64,000 nucleotides of DNA, taken from assembly GCA_951406725.2 (NCBI GenBank), contig OX597818.1:90396001-90460000 (forward strand), in the 5' to 3' direction. Source of the DNA: Octopus vulgaris. Lineage: Eukaryota. Below are positions 27,745 through 41,998 of this stretch, piece after piece. The notes beneath the pieces were generated by a model that ran no database searches, was not told where the DNA came from, and saw only the letters and a program-made list of their open reading frames with translations. The translations under genes and the position numbers were made by a program. Position 1 is the first letter of the stretch; every line of letters starts with the position of its first letter.

Positions 27745-27935
27745 TTTATATATAAATATTACAAAAATGGGACAAGACCGCAAAACATACAGACAGGTGA
27801 AACAAAAAAAGAAAAAGGAAAATAAAATATCCAAACAGACGATACAAGGAAACCAAGGACGGATCATTCGGAGTTTTCTCTCCTCAGTTGAGTTCCAGAT
27901 TTTCTTTGCAATTTCGGCTGTTTATACTCGAGATT
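27745..27935 (-). mobile_element. Short (TA)n-associated repeat (family with 62505-62635) with permuted hammerhead-like motifs
   Basis: Shared cagccgaaattgc..atc.gg..ct..actga.ga...cgaatg..cc. Confidence 0.5.
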
Positions 27936-27936
27936 G

Positions 27937-27986
<50 letters not shown>

Positions 27987-27989
<3 letters not shown>

Positions 27990-28196
27990 CTCTTTTTTTA
28001 CTTGTTTCAGTCATTTGACTGTAGCCATGCTGGAGCACCACCTTTAGTCGAACAAATCGAACCCAGGACTTATTCTTTGTAAGCCTAGTACTTATTCTAT
28101 CGATCTATTTTGCCGAACCGCTAGCTTACGGGGACATAAACACAATACTATCGGTTGTCAAGCGATGTTGGGGAGACAAACACACACACACAGACA

Positions 28197-28246
<50 letters not shown>

Positions 28247-28735
28247 CATATATACGACGGGCTTCATTCAGTTTCCGTCTACCAAATCCACTCACAAGGC
28301 TTTGGTTGACCCGAGGCTATAGTAGAAGACAGTTACGCAAGGTGCCACGCAGTGGGAATGAACCCGGAACCACGTGGTTCGCAAGCAAGCTACTTACCAC
28401 ACAGTCACTCCTACGCCTATGTATGTATGTATGTATGTATGTATGTATGTATGTATGTGTATGTATGTATGTATGTATGTATGCTTACTCTTTTACTCTT
28501 TTACTTGTTTCAGTCATTTGACTGTGGCCCTGCTGAAGCACCGCCTTTAGTCGAGCAAATCGACCCCAGGACTTATTCTTTGTAAGCCTAGTCTCTTTTG
28601 CCGAACCGCTAAGTTACGGTGACGTAAACACACCAACATCGATTGTCAAGCGATGTTAGGGGGACAAACACAGACACACAAATATATGCACACAAACACA
28701 TATATATATACATATATACAACGGGTTTCTTTCAT
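27987..28735 (-). mobile_element. Two SINE family A copies (27987-28410 full, 28485-28735 partial)
   Basis: High similarity to the other family A copies. Confidence 0.85.
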
Positions 28736-28980
28736 GTATGTGTGTATGTATATATACTGCTCTATATTTTCGAGATGAGGATATCTGCACACTATTTCAG
28801 GACACATATATATAGGAGTGATATATATATCACTGGGGCTACAAACTACAAACTACAGTAGCATCCACCCTTATGGGTTAGCCATATTCAAATGGCAAAT
28901 ATGCGTCACGATGTGTTACCGCTACTGTTTATAACTCGCTCTGAGATTTATCATTGTTATAACTCGCTCTGAGATTTATC

Positions 28981-29082
<102 letters not shown>

Positions 29083-29311
29083 ATTATATGTGTGCAAATT
29101 TATGCGTCCCATAAAAATAGAAGGTAAAGCATGCATAAATACTGCATTCTTGGGCTCATATATCTGTTTCCATATAAAAATGTTGATAAAGATTTTGATA
29201 GCGAAGTGGATGAAGCTGATGATGAAATGTAATACGATTGATAATAAAGCTATGACTATTAACAACCACAACAACAATAGCAACTACAACAATAATAATA
29301 ATAATAATAAT

Positions 29312-30044
<733 letters not shown>

Positions 30045-30101
30045 GTAGTAGTCGTAGTAGTAGTAGTAATGATGATGATGATGATGATGATAGTAATAAT
30101 G

Positions 30102-30155
<54 letters not shown>

Positions 30156-30790
30156 GAAAACACTCGGCGAGAAAATTTGAAGAAAGAAGGAAAAATAATA
30201 ATAATAATAATAAATACCCTGATGTAGTACCAGGCAGTGGCTCTCAAGGCTATTGCTTTGTCTTGGTATAAAGGAAGGGCTACAACAAATATTCTGCTCA
30301 ATACCACAGATCTGTTGTCAGTTGTTTGACCTTAACCAGCCGCGCATATCTCTCACTGGCTGGCGAAATGTGCATCTTTGATCACGAGCAGAAGTAGTGG
30401 GGGAGCATCATAGCCATGTGTTGAGAGGAATTCTTTGGGGTTTGAATTATTCTGCCCTGGGGTGTTTTGTTCATCATCCTTAAAAAATCTTATTCAGGGA
30501 GAATTTGAACAGGATGGGCTACTCAACCCTAAGTAAATTCTAATTGGGGCCCTCCCGCAATGTCATGCACTGTTTATCTTGATATGAGATCGCTATGTCA
30601 CGCACACATGGTTGTGATGGATGACGGGTAGTGATGGTAGTTATATTAAGCTTCATATATTTGTACCCCAGTGTCACTTTGATGACATGAACTGCTCTCT
30701 GACTCAATTAAAAAAATATTAATAATAATAACAGCAACAACAACAGCAACAACAATAATTTTTAAAAATGGTAATTCATTGTGACATTAC

Positions 30791-30944
30791 CCTCTACTTC
30801 ATCCGATCCTTCATCCAAACCTTCGAAAAAGAGCACAGTTCTGCTAACGTAATTTCGGCGTCCCGGATGGCTGTTATAGTAGTTCGATACAGGGGATGAA
30901 ACATTTGACGTAGTAAGAGAACTCCTTTCATTTTCATTCTCCAT
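30791..30944 (-). CDS. Candidate coding exon or short ORF, paralog 2 (MENENERSSLTTSNVSSPVSNYYNSHPG...GSDEVE/G), unknown product
   Basis: Homologous to 18778-18919; AAAATGG start context; possible donor G|GTAATG at 30791, or a 60-aa ORF ending at 30762; possible acceptor at 30956. Confidence 0.55.
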
Positions 30945-31126
30945 TTTGCTTTTACTCTGACAGATGTCGAGAAGCAGAGAGTAGAGACGTGAAGCAGCAG
31001 TGCTATATGAGTATAAATGCGAATATCTAAGAAGTGCCTCTTCCCTTGTATGCTTGGGTTAGGGAGGGGTGAGATGTGGTTGAAAGTCGGAATTGGCAAA
31101 CAGATATGTTTGCAGTTGGATTTCTG

Positions 31127-31160
<34 letters not shown>

Positions 31161-31590
31161 CTTAGTGAATATATGTGTGTATATGTGTGTGTATGTGTAT
31201 GTGCGTGTGTGTGTATGTTTGTATGAGGAGTGAAGGGTGTGAGATGAGTGATTTGTTTATGGTGAGGAAGTGGATACGTTATTACATTTGTTGTAGTATC
31301 TGCTGCAGCTGTTTTGTTGTTGTTGTTGTTGTTGTTGTTAGGTGAGGTCTGAGTTTGATTTCACAGGCAGAGAGACAGAAAGGAAGAGAGAGGGAGCAAT
31401 GAATCTTGGCACCAATCGGATAATTAGATATCAACTACCGTATCCATGATTGTACATCAGAGAGGTTTAATGATGCTATATATATATGTGCGTGTGTGTA
31501 TGTGTGTGTTTGCATACACATTAACTTAGCAAACAAATACAAACACTACATGTATGAATGAAAGTTTGGGTTTGGGTGTATATATATATT

Positions 31591-31655
<65 letters not shown>

Positions 31656-31766
31656 GTGTATATATATATATGCATACATATATATATGCGTGTGTGTATA
31701 CATATATGCATATATATATACACACACACACACATATATTTACGTACAAATACAGATACATATATG

Positions 31767-31811
<45 letters not shown>

Positions 31812-32227
31812 GTATTTGTACATGTGTGTGTATGTGTGCGCGTGTAGTTATATATGCCAAGGCAATCGAAACGATTTAAGGTAAGATCTAAAGTAACGGT
31901 ATGATTTTTTTCTTATGTACTTTTTGTTGCTAAATCCTCCGAATTCCTCGACATTCTTCAAAAGTATTGTTGGATTTACCTGTCATGCATGAGGATTTAT
32001 TTGCCTGAGATATGTATTGTGCTTACATGTACAGGTATCTGATGAACATTTAACCAAAATCTTTTAATGCTGAGTGTAGCTGTGTGCATATATATGAGTA
32101 TATATATATATATATATGTTAATACAGCATTAACAAGGTGAAAAATGCCAACTGAACATCTGAAAAAATTTACCAATTAATAAAAGCTACAAAAAAAAAC
32201 GCATGTATGTATATGCTATTGCAATTG

Positions 32228-32513
32228 AATTGGATTTGATAGACGGAAACTGAAAGAAGCCCGTTGTATATATGTATATATATATGTATGTGTGTGTATA
32301 TAAATGCGTGTCTGTGTTTGTCCCCCCAACATCGCTTGACAACCGATGCTGGTGTGTTTACGTCCCCGTAACTTAGCGGTTCGGCAAAACAGACCGATAT
32401 AATAAGTACTAGGCTTACAAAGAATAAGTCATGGGGCTGATTTCCGCGACTAAAGGCAGTGCTCCAGCATGGCTACAGTCACATGACTGAAACAAGTAAA
32501 AGAGTAAAAGAGT
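32228..32513 (+). mobile_element. SINE family A, headless
   Basis: gatttgatagacggaaactgaaagaagccc..gactgaaacaagtaaaagagtaaaagag. Confidence 0.85.
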
Positions 32514-32520
32514 ATATATA

Positions 32521-32882
32521 TATTTAAGAAAGAAAAATATGTAAGAAGCGCACAGGAGGTTTGTATAATAAAAGTCATGCTAATATTAAGATCATAATGA
32601 AACAAAGAGTTGTATTATAACATTATATAATGAACTGGGTGTAGCGGTTTCGCGCCTTACGCTTATCAAACTTCAAAGCTCTCAGATTTTTGTACAGAGA
32701 GTATTTTTGTTGTACGCGTAACCTGTACTGAAATCTGAGACCTTGGAAGTTTGATAAGTGTATTCCATGTTTATTATATAATGTTGTAATACAACTCTTT
32801 GTTTTATTATGATTTTAATATTAGCATAAATTTTATTATACAAACCTCATGCGCGTTTTTATATATTTTCTTTCTTAAATAT
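32521..32882. mobile_element. Fold-back element with a U3-A8 hammerhead-like motif in one arm
   Basis: Imperfect inverted arms of about 160-175 bp; minus strand 32642-32669 UUGAUAA GCG uaagg CGC GAAA CCGC UA. Confidence 0.7.
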
Positions 32883-32904
32883 CTACAACAAGATCTGACA
32901 CATT

Positions 32905-33258
32905 TACGTTTTATATATGGAAGAAAGTCAAGGTAAAATGTGCTACAATAATTTTATAAAAAAACATTTCAGTACCGGTTTCGGTCATTGAGACCTTTTC
33001 AACTGTAAGTAAGGAAAACAAATTTTGGAAAAATTAAAAGAAAAGTATTTTAAAAGTATTCAAATACAAGGAAAATTCCCCTTGTATTTGAATACTATGC
33101 AAATGTTCTTGTAAAAATACTTTCCATTTTACTTTTCCAAAATTTAATTGTTTTCAATACTTAAAGTTGGAAAAGTCTCAACACCGAAACCGGTAGTGAA
33201 ATGTTTTTGATGAAAATATTTTAGCATTTTCTACTTGCACTTTTCTACATAGATATAT
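32905..33258. mobile_element. Fold-back element with a hammerhead in each arm (one intact, one decayed)
   Basis: Centre aatacaagg/ccttgtatt near 33070; ccggtttcggt versus accgaaaccgg. Confidence 0.7.
32970..33005 (-). ncRNA. Minimal type-I hammerhead ribozyme motif, U3-A8 variant
   Basis: CAG UUGAAAA GGUC ucaau GACC GAAA CCGG UA CUG; all stems paired. Confidence 0.75.
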
Positions 33259-33309
33259 CAACTCGTGTGTTCCTTTGCAACCTTCTACACACACATATAT
33301 ATATATGTA

Positions 33310-33500
33310 TGTATACCTTCGAAACACGGAGTAGTCGAAGCAGGGGCAGCTGAAGAAGGGGAACGTTCCTTGTGTTGAATGTCTTGTACTCTGTTTTTTC
33401 GTTGTTTGAAAAAGTCCGTTTCCATGTTTTTGCTTTTATGTTTTCGTTTCTCGTTGTGTTCTATGTTTATTTTTGGTGTCCTGTACTCATATATGCATGC
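33310..33500 (+). mobile_element. Short repeat, same family as 7120 and 11960
   Basis: ccttcgaaacacggagtag..ggggcagctgaagaagggg..gtcctgtactc. Confidence 0.55.
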
Positions 33501-33619
33501 ATATATATATATATATATAGATGTAGGTATGTACATATATGTATGTATATATGCAATGTTTTATTTATTAATTTGTTATTATATATATATATATGTATCT
33601 ATGGATATCTGTGTGTATG

Positions 33620-33663
<44 letters not shown>

Positions 33664-35107
33664 TTTGTATAATATAACTAACTTTCATGCACTAACACCT
33701 TTATTCCGCCACTTACAACAGCTGCACCCGTTGCCATCACGCATACAACTGCCTCACCACCACCACCACCACCACCACCACCACCACTACAACCACCACT
33801 GTGATACACCCTTTTCTACCCATATATCTGATCTTCAACTTCTACTCAACAAGCTATATAAAATAGAGTAGGTGTGTGTTCAGGATAATAACCGACATGC
33901 TCTAAGGAAGCTACTGATGTTATTTTGGAGGACTGCTGCTGCTACTGGTACTGCCGCCAATACTGCTGGTGCTACTACTACCTCTGCTCCTGCTGCTGTC
34001 ACCGCCGCTGCTACTTCATATGTTGCCGCTAGTTGTGATGGCCGTGCTAATAATGTTGTTGCTGTTGATGATAGTGGTTGTGGTGGTGATATTGATGGTG
34101 GTTTTGGTGGTGTCGGAGGTGTTGGTGTTGAAGTGGTGGTGGTGGTGTTGGGTGCTGAAGTGATGGTGGTTGTGGTGGTGATAGTAGTGATGGTAGTAGT
34201 TGTGGTTGTGGTAGAGGTGGTGATTGTGGTGGTGGTAGTAGTTGTGGTTGGTGTAGTAGCTGTGGTAGTGATGGTGGTTGTTGTGGTGGTAGAGGTTGTG
34301 GTGGTGATAGTGGTGATGGTAGTGGTGGTTGTGGTTGTGGTGGTAGTGGTTGTGGTAGTTGTGTTGGTTGTGGTGGTGGTAGTAGAGGGTTGTTATTGGT
34401 TCATTTTGTTTTATTTATTTTATAATATACATTTTGATTTTTGTTTCTATTGATTTATTTTGATATTCTTATAATTTGAGTCTCTATGAATCTACGTGTT
34501 GCTCTTTACCAAGGGAATGCTAGAAATGGAATATGGGTATAAAGTAAGGAGAAATTATAGGTGAACCAGCAGTACTTTCAATGCCACTCAGATGCGGACG
34601 TGTAAGCACATAGCTATTGCTGGATAGTATTTATATAAGATCTTTATCATCATCATCATCATTGTTCGACCGTGGTCGAGACTTTCATAGTCTTTTCAAA
34701 TGGCTAATAATGTGTGCGTGCGCCACTACTACACACATTGGAAAGCATTGTACAACCAAGTACTAAAGAAGGTCTTTCCTCCTCCATGAAACAAAGCTGT
34801 TCCCGCTGGACGTCAACCTAGTATTTCTAAGCTACGGACCCAGTGATTTATTGTAAGGTTATCTCCCTAGATAGATTGCCTTCACTACGGCTAAGGAGCC
34901 CTTTCTACCCCAAGATCTTTATAATAACAGGTATTATATGTAAAACACTCAGCAACTAACGCTCATGCACAGAAACAATTGTGATTTAGGATTAAAACCT
35001 GCCCTTTCCATCTATTATGTATATATATATATATAAATATAAATATAAGGATGGTATTATTAACAATCACAAGTGGTAAGCGAATTATTAGCCATACAGG
35101 CAAATTA

Positions 35108-35526
35108 ATAAAATATATACATACAATATTAATTATGTACATATATACATAAGGGTACTGCATGAGTACCTATATCGCCAATGATAGAAGTCGAAAAATA
35201 CTTCTGTACCACTGAATAGTCACAAATCCATTACAGACAAGGTAGGGAAAAATATCAGTGACCAATAATAATGACTTACCTCAAATGGGTCAGAACAAAT
35301 AAATGCTAGTCAATGCTGAGTTGACCAGCATTTATTTGTTCTGACCCATGTGAGATAAGACATTATTATTGCTCACTGATATTTTTCCCTACCTTGTCTG
35401 TAATGGATTTGTGACTATTCAGTGGTACAGAAGTATTTTTCGACTTCTATCATTGGCGATATAGGTACTCATGCAGTACCCTTATGTATATATGTACATA
35501 TTTAATATTGTATGTATATATTTTAT
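35108..35526. repeat. Long near-perfect inverted repeat (about 206-bp arms, 7-nt loop)
   Basis: Arms 35108-35313 and 35321-35526, about 6 mismatches by eye. Confidence 0.95.
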
Positions 35527-35960
35527 ATATATATATATATATATATGCAAGTATACACTCATAAATATACACTCACACGCACAAACACAGTGCTATTATT
35601 GTCTACAACAACTGAACTCTTTCCAGAAATTTTAATTCTTTCCAGGCCAACGAAGGACCTTGCATTTAGGTGTCAACCGAAATGTTTAAAATAACAACCA
35701 AATAGGCCTTAACTTGTATACTGGTGTGTGAAAAACTGAAAGGATGGATTAGATAATGTAGTCGTAGATAATCCTAAGAAGACAGGGTAGCCACGGTTGT
35801 AACGCTTTGATGATGGATTGCTAGACGTTTAGAGGTGCCATGGAAGTAAAAACACAGTTTTCGAAGTTCATTCAGAGCAGTATTTTCCTAAATCAAGGTG
35901 CCCTGACCTAACAAGATTAAATTATTCTCTATCTGTCTCTGTCTGTCTGTCTGTATTTCC

Positions 35961-36025
<65 letters not shown>

Positions 36026-36141
36026 ATTAACAGAAATACTTCGCTAGGATTTTTCAGCAGTTCTTGTCATATCAAATATAATCTAGATATTAAGAAATCT
36101 TCCATTTCAGGTAGCTAGAAGACAGATTCAGGCATTAGTGG

Positions 36142-36185
<44 letters not shown>

Positions 36186-37358
36186 TACCTGTGTGCGTAT
36201 GTGTGTGTGTGTAAATATCTACCAATATTTGCTTACATAGTGCCTGTATGCATATAGTTGAATGCACGTAAGTATTCAAGCACTTCATGGCTCCCCACCC
36301 GACAGCACTTTTCATAGACATAATTAAATACATATGTAACTAAATATATACATGCATGCATACACACATACATACATACATACATACATACATACATACA
36401 TACATACATACATACATACATACATACGTACATACATACATACATACATGCATGCATGCATATATGTATGGACGTAGACTCCCATCCATCTCTGCATACA
36501 TACATAAGTATGTATTTATTTGAAACTAAGGCCTCATTCTGTTGATTCTCTATGTTTTAACGTGGCTGTTCTTCACAATGACTGAATTCAAGTATCACTT
36601 TCCAGATATGAAAGTTTTTTTCAATCGACATGTTTGTTTGGATCTCTGGCTGAACATTCTATCACAACACCTCTTGTTCTGTTCTTGGTCGCAGAGTGTT
36701 CTGTCCCATTAGTGTTGGGGACAGGTAGTGTGTAGCTGGTCAACGTTGCACTTTACAGAGGATTTCTATTACAATTAGCGCGAATATGCTTTTCGGCGCT
36801 GTTCGGCTTCACTAACTGTATGGTAATATGTTTATAATTGAAAGTACTTTCAAAGTGGTTTAGTTTTGTACCGATAAATGAACACATACTCTTGTTCAGC
36901 ATTTCATATGCTAGCATAAGGAAGTTCTAAGTTCTAACCAAACACCTTTCTTCTTTAGAAACATAAAGAAATTATAAGTTCGACAACGTATTAAGACGTA
37001 ATGCTGCATTTTTTTTTGCCTATTAAGGTTCCAAATATATTGGGATAGTGACGCCGAGTTGCGTTCCCTCCGCACCTGGAGGTGTGGATATATCTATTAT
37101 ACTTACTTTTGAACATTTTATTTCAGTGAGACCGAAGTATTTTCTCGATAAACTAGTGTTTTTGTTAGGAATCCTATCAAAGGTATCAGGGTATGGTGTT
37201 GCTACAAGAATACAAGAATTGGTATGTTTGCATATGTCATTGTTTATACAAGTTCTAGTTAGTATATAGCTTCATTGCAACTTTTATAGTATTTCGTTTT
37301 TGGATTTGGTTTGCAAGATTCTTTATGTGAGTTCGTGTGTTGAAGCATATTCTGTTGT

Positions 37359-37555
37359 GTCTGGGGAGAGTCATTTTCTTTTTGTGCCTCATAATATAAC
37401 ACACTCACAGGTAAAATTTCCACTTCTTTTCTTAGTTTTATTTTCCTAAAATTTTCGTTGCGTCTTGCAACCTTTTCAATAGTTTTGACTTGTGGAAATT
37501 TTACCGGTGAGTGTGTTATATTATGAGACACAAAAAGAAAATGACTCTCCCTAGA
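37359..37555. repeat. Inverted repeat (about 65-bp arms), MITE-like
   Basis: ggagagtcattttctttttgtgcctcataatataacacactcac versus its reverse complement at 37490-37551. Confidence 0.8.
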
Positions 37556-37794
37556 GACAACATAACTTTTATAGTGTTTTCGTTTAACAGCTTCTTGTAG
37601 TTTGGTAAAGAGTAGAAATCAATACTTACGAATATTAGAAAGTTTTGTAATAAAGAAAGAATTCGTGGTAATATTTAAAGTGTTTTCCTATAGATAGTAA
37701 TGTTCATGATTTTGCTGTTTCTGTTGTTGCTGTTGCTGTTTTTGTTGTTACTGTTGTTCTTGATGATGATGAGGATGATGATGATGACGACAAC

Positions 37795-37828
<34 letters not shown>

Positions 37829-37965
37829 GTGGTGGTGATAGGCAAAATAGACATCTTGATATCAACAATAGTGACATTGACATCTTGGTTCTGGCGCTCG
37901 TAATGAAGCTGACGACGATTACCTGTGGTTAATGATCTAGCGAATTTCCTTAAAAGGCAACTTAC

Positions 37966-38198
37966 CTTCGTCTTCCTCATCAGTTGATTCGTCAACTGAC
38001 TTTCGTCGGCCCAAACGTTCATAGAGTCGTTCTAGACTAGTGAAGCACACTCTGCCACCTCTCCTTCCTCTGCGGCGATGTCTAGAGACTAATGAAAAGT
38101 TACCTCTTCGCCCAAATCGGTTACGTGATTCCCGGGAATGGGAGCGTGAGTCGAAGAAGGTCGAACGGAAGTCACGACCGATACTACTATCGCCGACT
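37966..38198 (-). CDS. Candidate internal coding exon (233 nt, phase 2 to phase 1), Arg/Ser-rich then acidic, unknown gene
   Basis: Acceptor tttttatgtatcaattgtttcag|, donor GAAG|GTAAGT; open frame VGDSSIGRDFRSTFFDSRSHSRESRNRFGRRGNFSLVSRHRRRGRRGGRVCFTSLERLYERLGRRKSVDESTDEEDE; GC- and CpG-rich relative to flanks. Confidence 0.7.
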
Positions 38199-38448
38199 CT
38201 GAAACAATTGATACATAAAAATATGAAAAACTTTTCAGTAATACGGATAAGGAGTTAATCAAAATATGTAGGGCGATGTCAAAGAATAAAAATTAAAACT
38301 ATAACATTGTATTACATTACATAGATCGTTTAATGATGCAATATTTCGGGAAAAATTCACTTTTTCAAATGCAAGAAATATAATAATTAAGTATTCGTAC
38401 AAATTTGTAATCGGCAAGCCGTTACAATTGATAGTTATTTCACACATG

Positions 38449-38518
<70 letters not shown>

Positions 38519-38823
38519 TGTATGTATGTATGTATGTATGTATGTATGCATGCATGCATGCATGCATGTATGTATGATTTTTTTTCTGTTTTTAATTATT
38601 TAAATTCTTCTTCTGAGGAAGTAGCTGATTTCTAACTAAGATACAAAGCGCCAAAAACAAAAAAAGAAAAGAAAAAAAGAAAAACAGTGTCACATTTTAA
38701 ACTTCAGAAAAGCCTTGCATATTTTTACTGTCTCATTTACAGAATGCATTTGCAATGCTCAAGTTAGTTGAATTCGTTTTCTGAAAATCCAAGCTTATGC
38801 TGACTGTCAATTTGGTATATATA

Positions 38824-39260
38824 CAGGTCGTCGTTGACTTACGACCGATCGGCTACGACATTTGGCACGCCAGCTCCCGGTTGCAATAATAAATAGTCCG
38901 GTTGAAATCTAATGGGTTTAATTTCTTAGAAATTAACCCGTCTACAGATGATGTGAGCTAACAAACGTTTCTCCTAGGTTTGGTTATCGATTACCACTGT
39001 GGTTATCGCAAGTGTTGGATGAATATACTGTCGCGGAGACATCGATGCAACCTTGTATTTGTTTATAAGACGACTGCCTGAAACTCCGAATTTTTTTACT
39101 AACGCCAGTATAATAGTATAATGCAGAATGCTGCGTGTGACTTTTACCTGAGAGTGTACCTTAAGAATTTAAACATATAAAACAAAGCTATGTATAGGCC
39201 TATAAGCCGACTTACGACCAGTCAGTCGGAATCAATTGTGGTCGTAGGTCGGTCATTCGG
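38824..39260. mobile_element. Tigger-like MITE
   Basis: TA-caggtcgtcgttgacttacgacc left end; gacttacgacc..ggtcgtaggtcgg right end. Confidence 0.55.
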
Positions 39261-39261
39261 T

Positions 39262-39359
39262 TCTGTTTCGAGATTTCTTGCCAATAGAGAAAGAGCTGTT
39301 TTGTAACCTCGATCCAATGCTATTTTCATAGGAATTTCAACATCAACAGGGTATGTATG

Positions 39360-39393
<34 letters not shown>

Positions 39394-40230
39394 TGTACGT
39401 ATGTATGTATGTATGTATGTGTGTGTGTGTATGTATATATGTATGTATGTATGCAGATTTATGTTCTATTTATGTGTTTTCTCATGCATAGAGTTGCATG
39501 TCTAGACGTGCTCATATATATTTAAATGATTAACTTCTGGAAAGTTTTACAGATTTTTAAGATACTAGTGATGGCTAGTGAAGGCGCATGGCTCAGTGGT
39601 TAGAGCGTCGATCTTACGATCGTGCGATTGTGAGTTCGAATCCCTGACCGGGCTGCGTGTTGTGTTCTTAAGCAAGACACTATATTTCACGTTGCTCCAG
39701 TTCACTCAGCCGTAGAAATGGGTTGCGACGTCACAGGTGCCAAGCTGTATCGGCCTTTTCTTTTCCCTTGGAAAACACTGGTGGTGTGGAAAGGAGAGGC
39801 CGGTATGCATGAGTGACTGCTGGTCTTCCATAAACAACCTTGCCCGGACTTGTGCCTGGGAGGGTAACTTTCTAGGTGCAATCCCATAGCCAGTCATAAT
39901 CGAAGGGGGTCTCAGCAGTGACGGCTTGGATCTGTATTCTTCGAATCTGCTTTCTCCTTTCTGGTTTTGAGAAACCTAATTTCTCAAGATTGGTATTTAC
40001 GCAGTGTGTTACAGTGTCCCAGTGTATCACAGTGCCCCAATAATTATAAGTATAAACCTGAACGTGTAATCTGAAAATAGTACCTGTAGATTCCTCAAGC
40101 AGAGGTATTTTTTTTTCACTGATCTTAAGTTCTATGTTAATATCTACTTGGCAGCTGATCTCCGCAGCTGTACACATTTCCTCTTCTCAGTCTCAAATAA
40201 CTATGTCAAATCTATTATGTTTACGTATTA
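39262..40230 (-). mobile_element. REL-endonuclease LINE 3' fragment (R4/Dong-like), split by a SINE
   Basis: HNRFDIVI..EISCQVDINIELKISEK..LLRNLQVLFSDYTFRFILIIIGAL..LEKLGF..IQAVT / KICKTF; homologous to 10705-11075. Confidence 0.7.
39580..39916 (+). mobile_element. tRNA-derived SINE (family C) with 10-bp TSD
   Basis: A box tggctcagtgg, B box gagttcgaatccc; TSD agtgatggct (39567-76) / agtgacggct (39917-26). Confidence 0.85.
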
Positions 40231-40256
40231 TGCATATATGCATGTATGTATGTATG

Positions 40257-40290
<34 letters not shown>

Positions 40291-40968
40291 TGTATGTATG
40301 TATGTATGTATGTATGTATGTATGTATGTATGTATGTATGTATGTATGTATGTATGTGTATGTAATTTGGATGGACGGATTGATTCAGATGTCTATATAT
40401 GTGAAAATATGGGTATGTGACAATTTATATATGAAATTGTGTGTGAAAAAGGGGGTTGTCGGGATAAGAAAATATATCTGTAGGTACAAACTTGCAATGA
40501 AATAAAAACATACTTACAAAAATGCATACAATGCATAAGAATGCACACCTATATTCTCAAGGCAGGTATACAGGTTTGGATAAACATACATTAACAGGTG
40601 AAAATGAAAAATGCGTATAAAGAATACGACACAGGTGTTTATAGTTAGAAATAGCTCGTATATTTGTAGGAGCATCTCAAGAAGTTAAACATTATTTAAT
40701 CAATAATCATACACGTGCATGTTCTATATTAATAACTAGCACTTCTATACAAACACAACATGCGCAAAAAGCTATAAATGAAAACTATATACTACAGGGA
40801 TATATGTGCATGCGAGCGAGTCCTGCTTTGAAAATATAATGGATGTGATATAACTGATATATATATATACAGACACATTTAGTAAGAGTTACATATATCA
40901 CTTAAATCAGTTTGATTTTGTTAGGCTTCTTACAGAAACCCAGCCCATCGCGCTCAGTTGGCCGAATA

Positions 40969-41039
<71 letters not shown>

Positions 41040-41084
41040 ATGTGTGTGTGTGTTTATATATATGTGTGTGTATGTATGTATGTG

Positions 41085-41124
<40 letters not shown>

Positions 41125-41360
41125 CAACAATTGAGGGTAAAATTAATTAATTATTAATCAATTTCACCAAGTATTCAGTATGTAAAGGGACCATTTTAGG
41201 CGAATTCAGTATGTGGCAAAGTAATTTATTTTACTAAGCCCTTATATATAATGTAAAATTATATATATATATATATATATATAAATTATATATATTTATG
41301 TATATATATATATATTTATAAATATATATATATATATATATACATACATATATATATGCA

Positions 41361-41402
<42 letters not shown>

Positions 41403-41934
41403 CACACAAACACACAGACAGACATGTATATATATATATATATATATATATACATTATGTACAGTGGAGTTATATAAAATGAAATATATTAAATTTGAAA
41501 GTAATGACAACAAAAATATTGCACATAAAATTGTGTGCCATAATAATGCATGAGCACATGACTCGCAGCCATGCATTTCTAACAGGGAATAAGCGACACG
41601 AAAGTTGGCAGTAGATATTTTGTGAGTGCTGAACAAAATATCCTTCCATCTACTAACGTGGAATGCAAACTCATTTTGATAGCACCAAATTATAACATTA
41701 TTATTAACTACTTGGTAATGATTAGTATAAGGGAAACCGGCCGTCAGTGTAAATATTTTATTTCTTAAAAAAAAAAAAAAATTTCTTTCCAGTATTAAAT
41801 TTCTATGCATTTTCCTTCATATTATATTTGTTACTACAGGCTATCACGTGGAACGTTTTTCTCGAACCTTTTCCCAACTCTCTCTCTCTCTCTGTCTTTC
41901 TGTCTCTCTCTTTCTCTGTCTTTCTCTGCGTCTA

Positions 41935-41998
<64 letters not shown>

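Noticed and set aside
30794-31099. Alternative open frame over paralog 2 (also open in paralog 1)
   Set aside because: Substitutions are synonymous in the other frame, and this frame stops at 30794 in paralog 2
37259-37531. 90-aa protein-like ORF on the minus strand
   Set aside because: Overlaps both arms of an inverted repeat; no motif or splice support
39580-39655. tRNA-like sequence with A and B boxes (also 27221, 50001)
   Set aside because: Continues into a SINE body, with TSDs at 39580 and 27221 and no acceptor stem; SINE heads, not tRNA genes
41316-41810. 164-aa minus-strand ORF with a hydrophobic stretch
   Set aside because: AT-rich composition, ends in a (TA)n tract, no convincing donor site or homology
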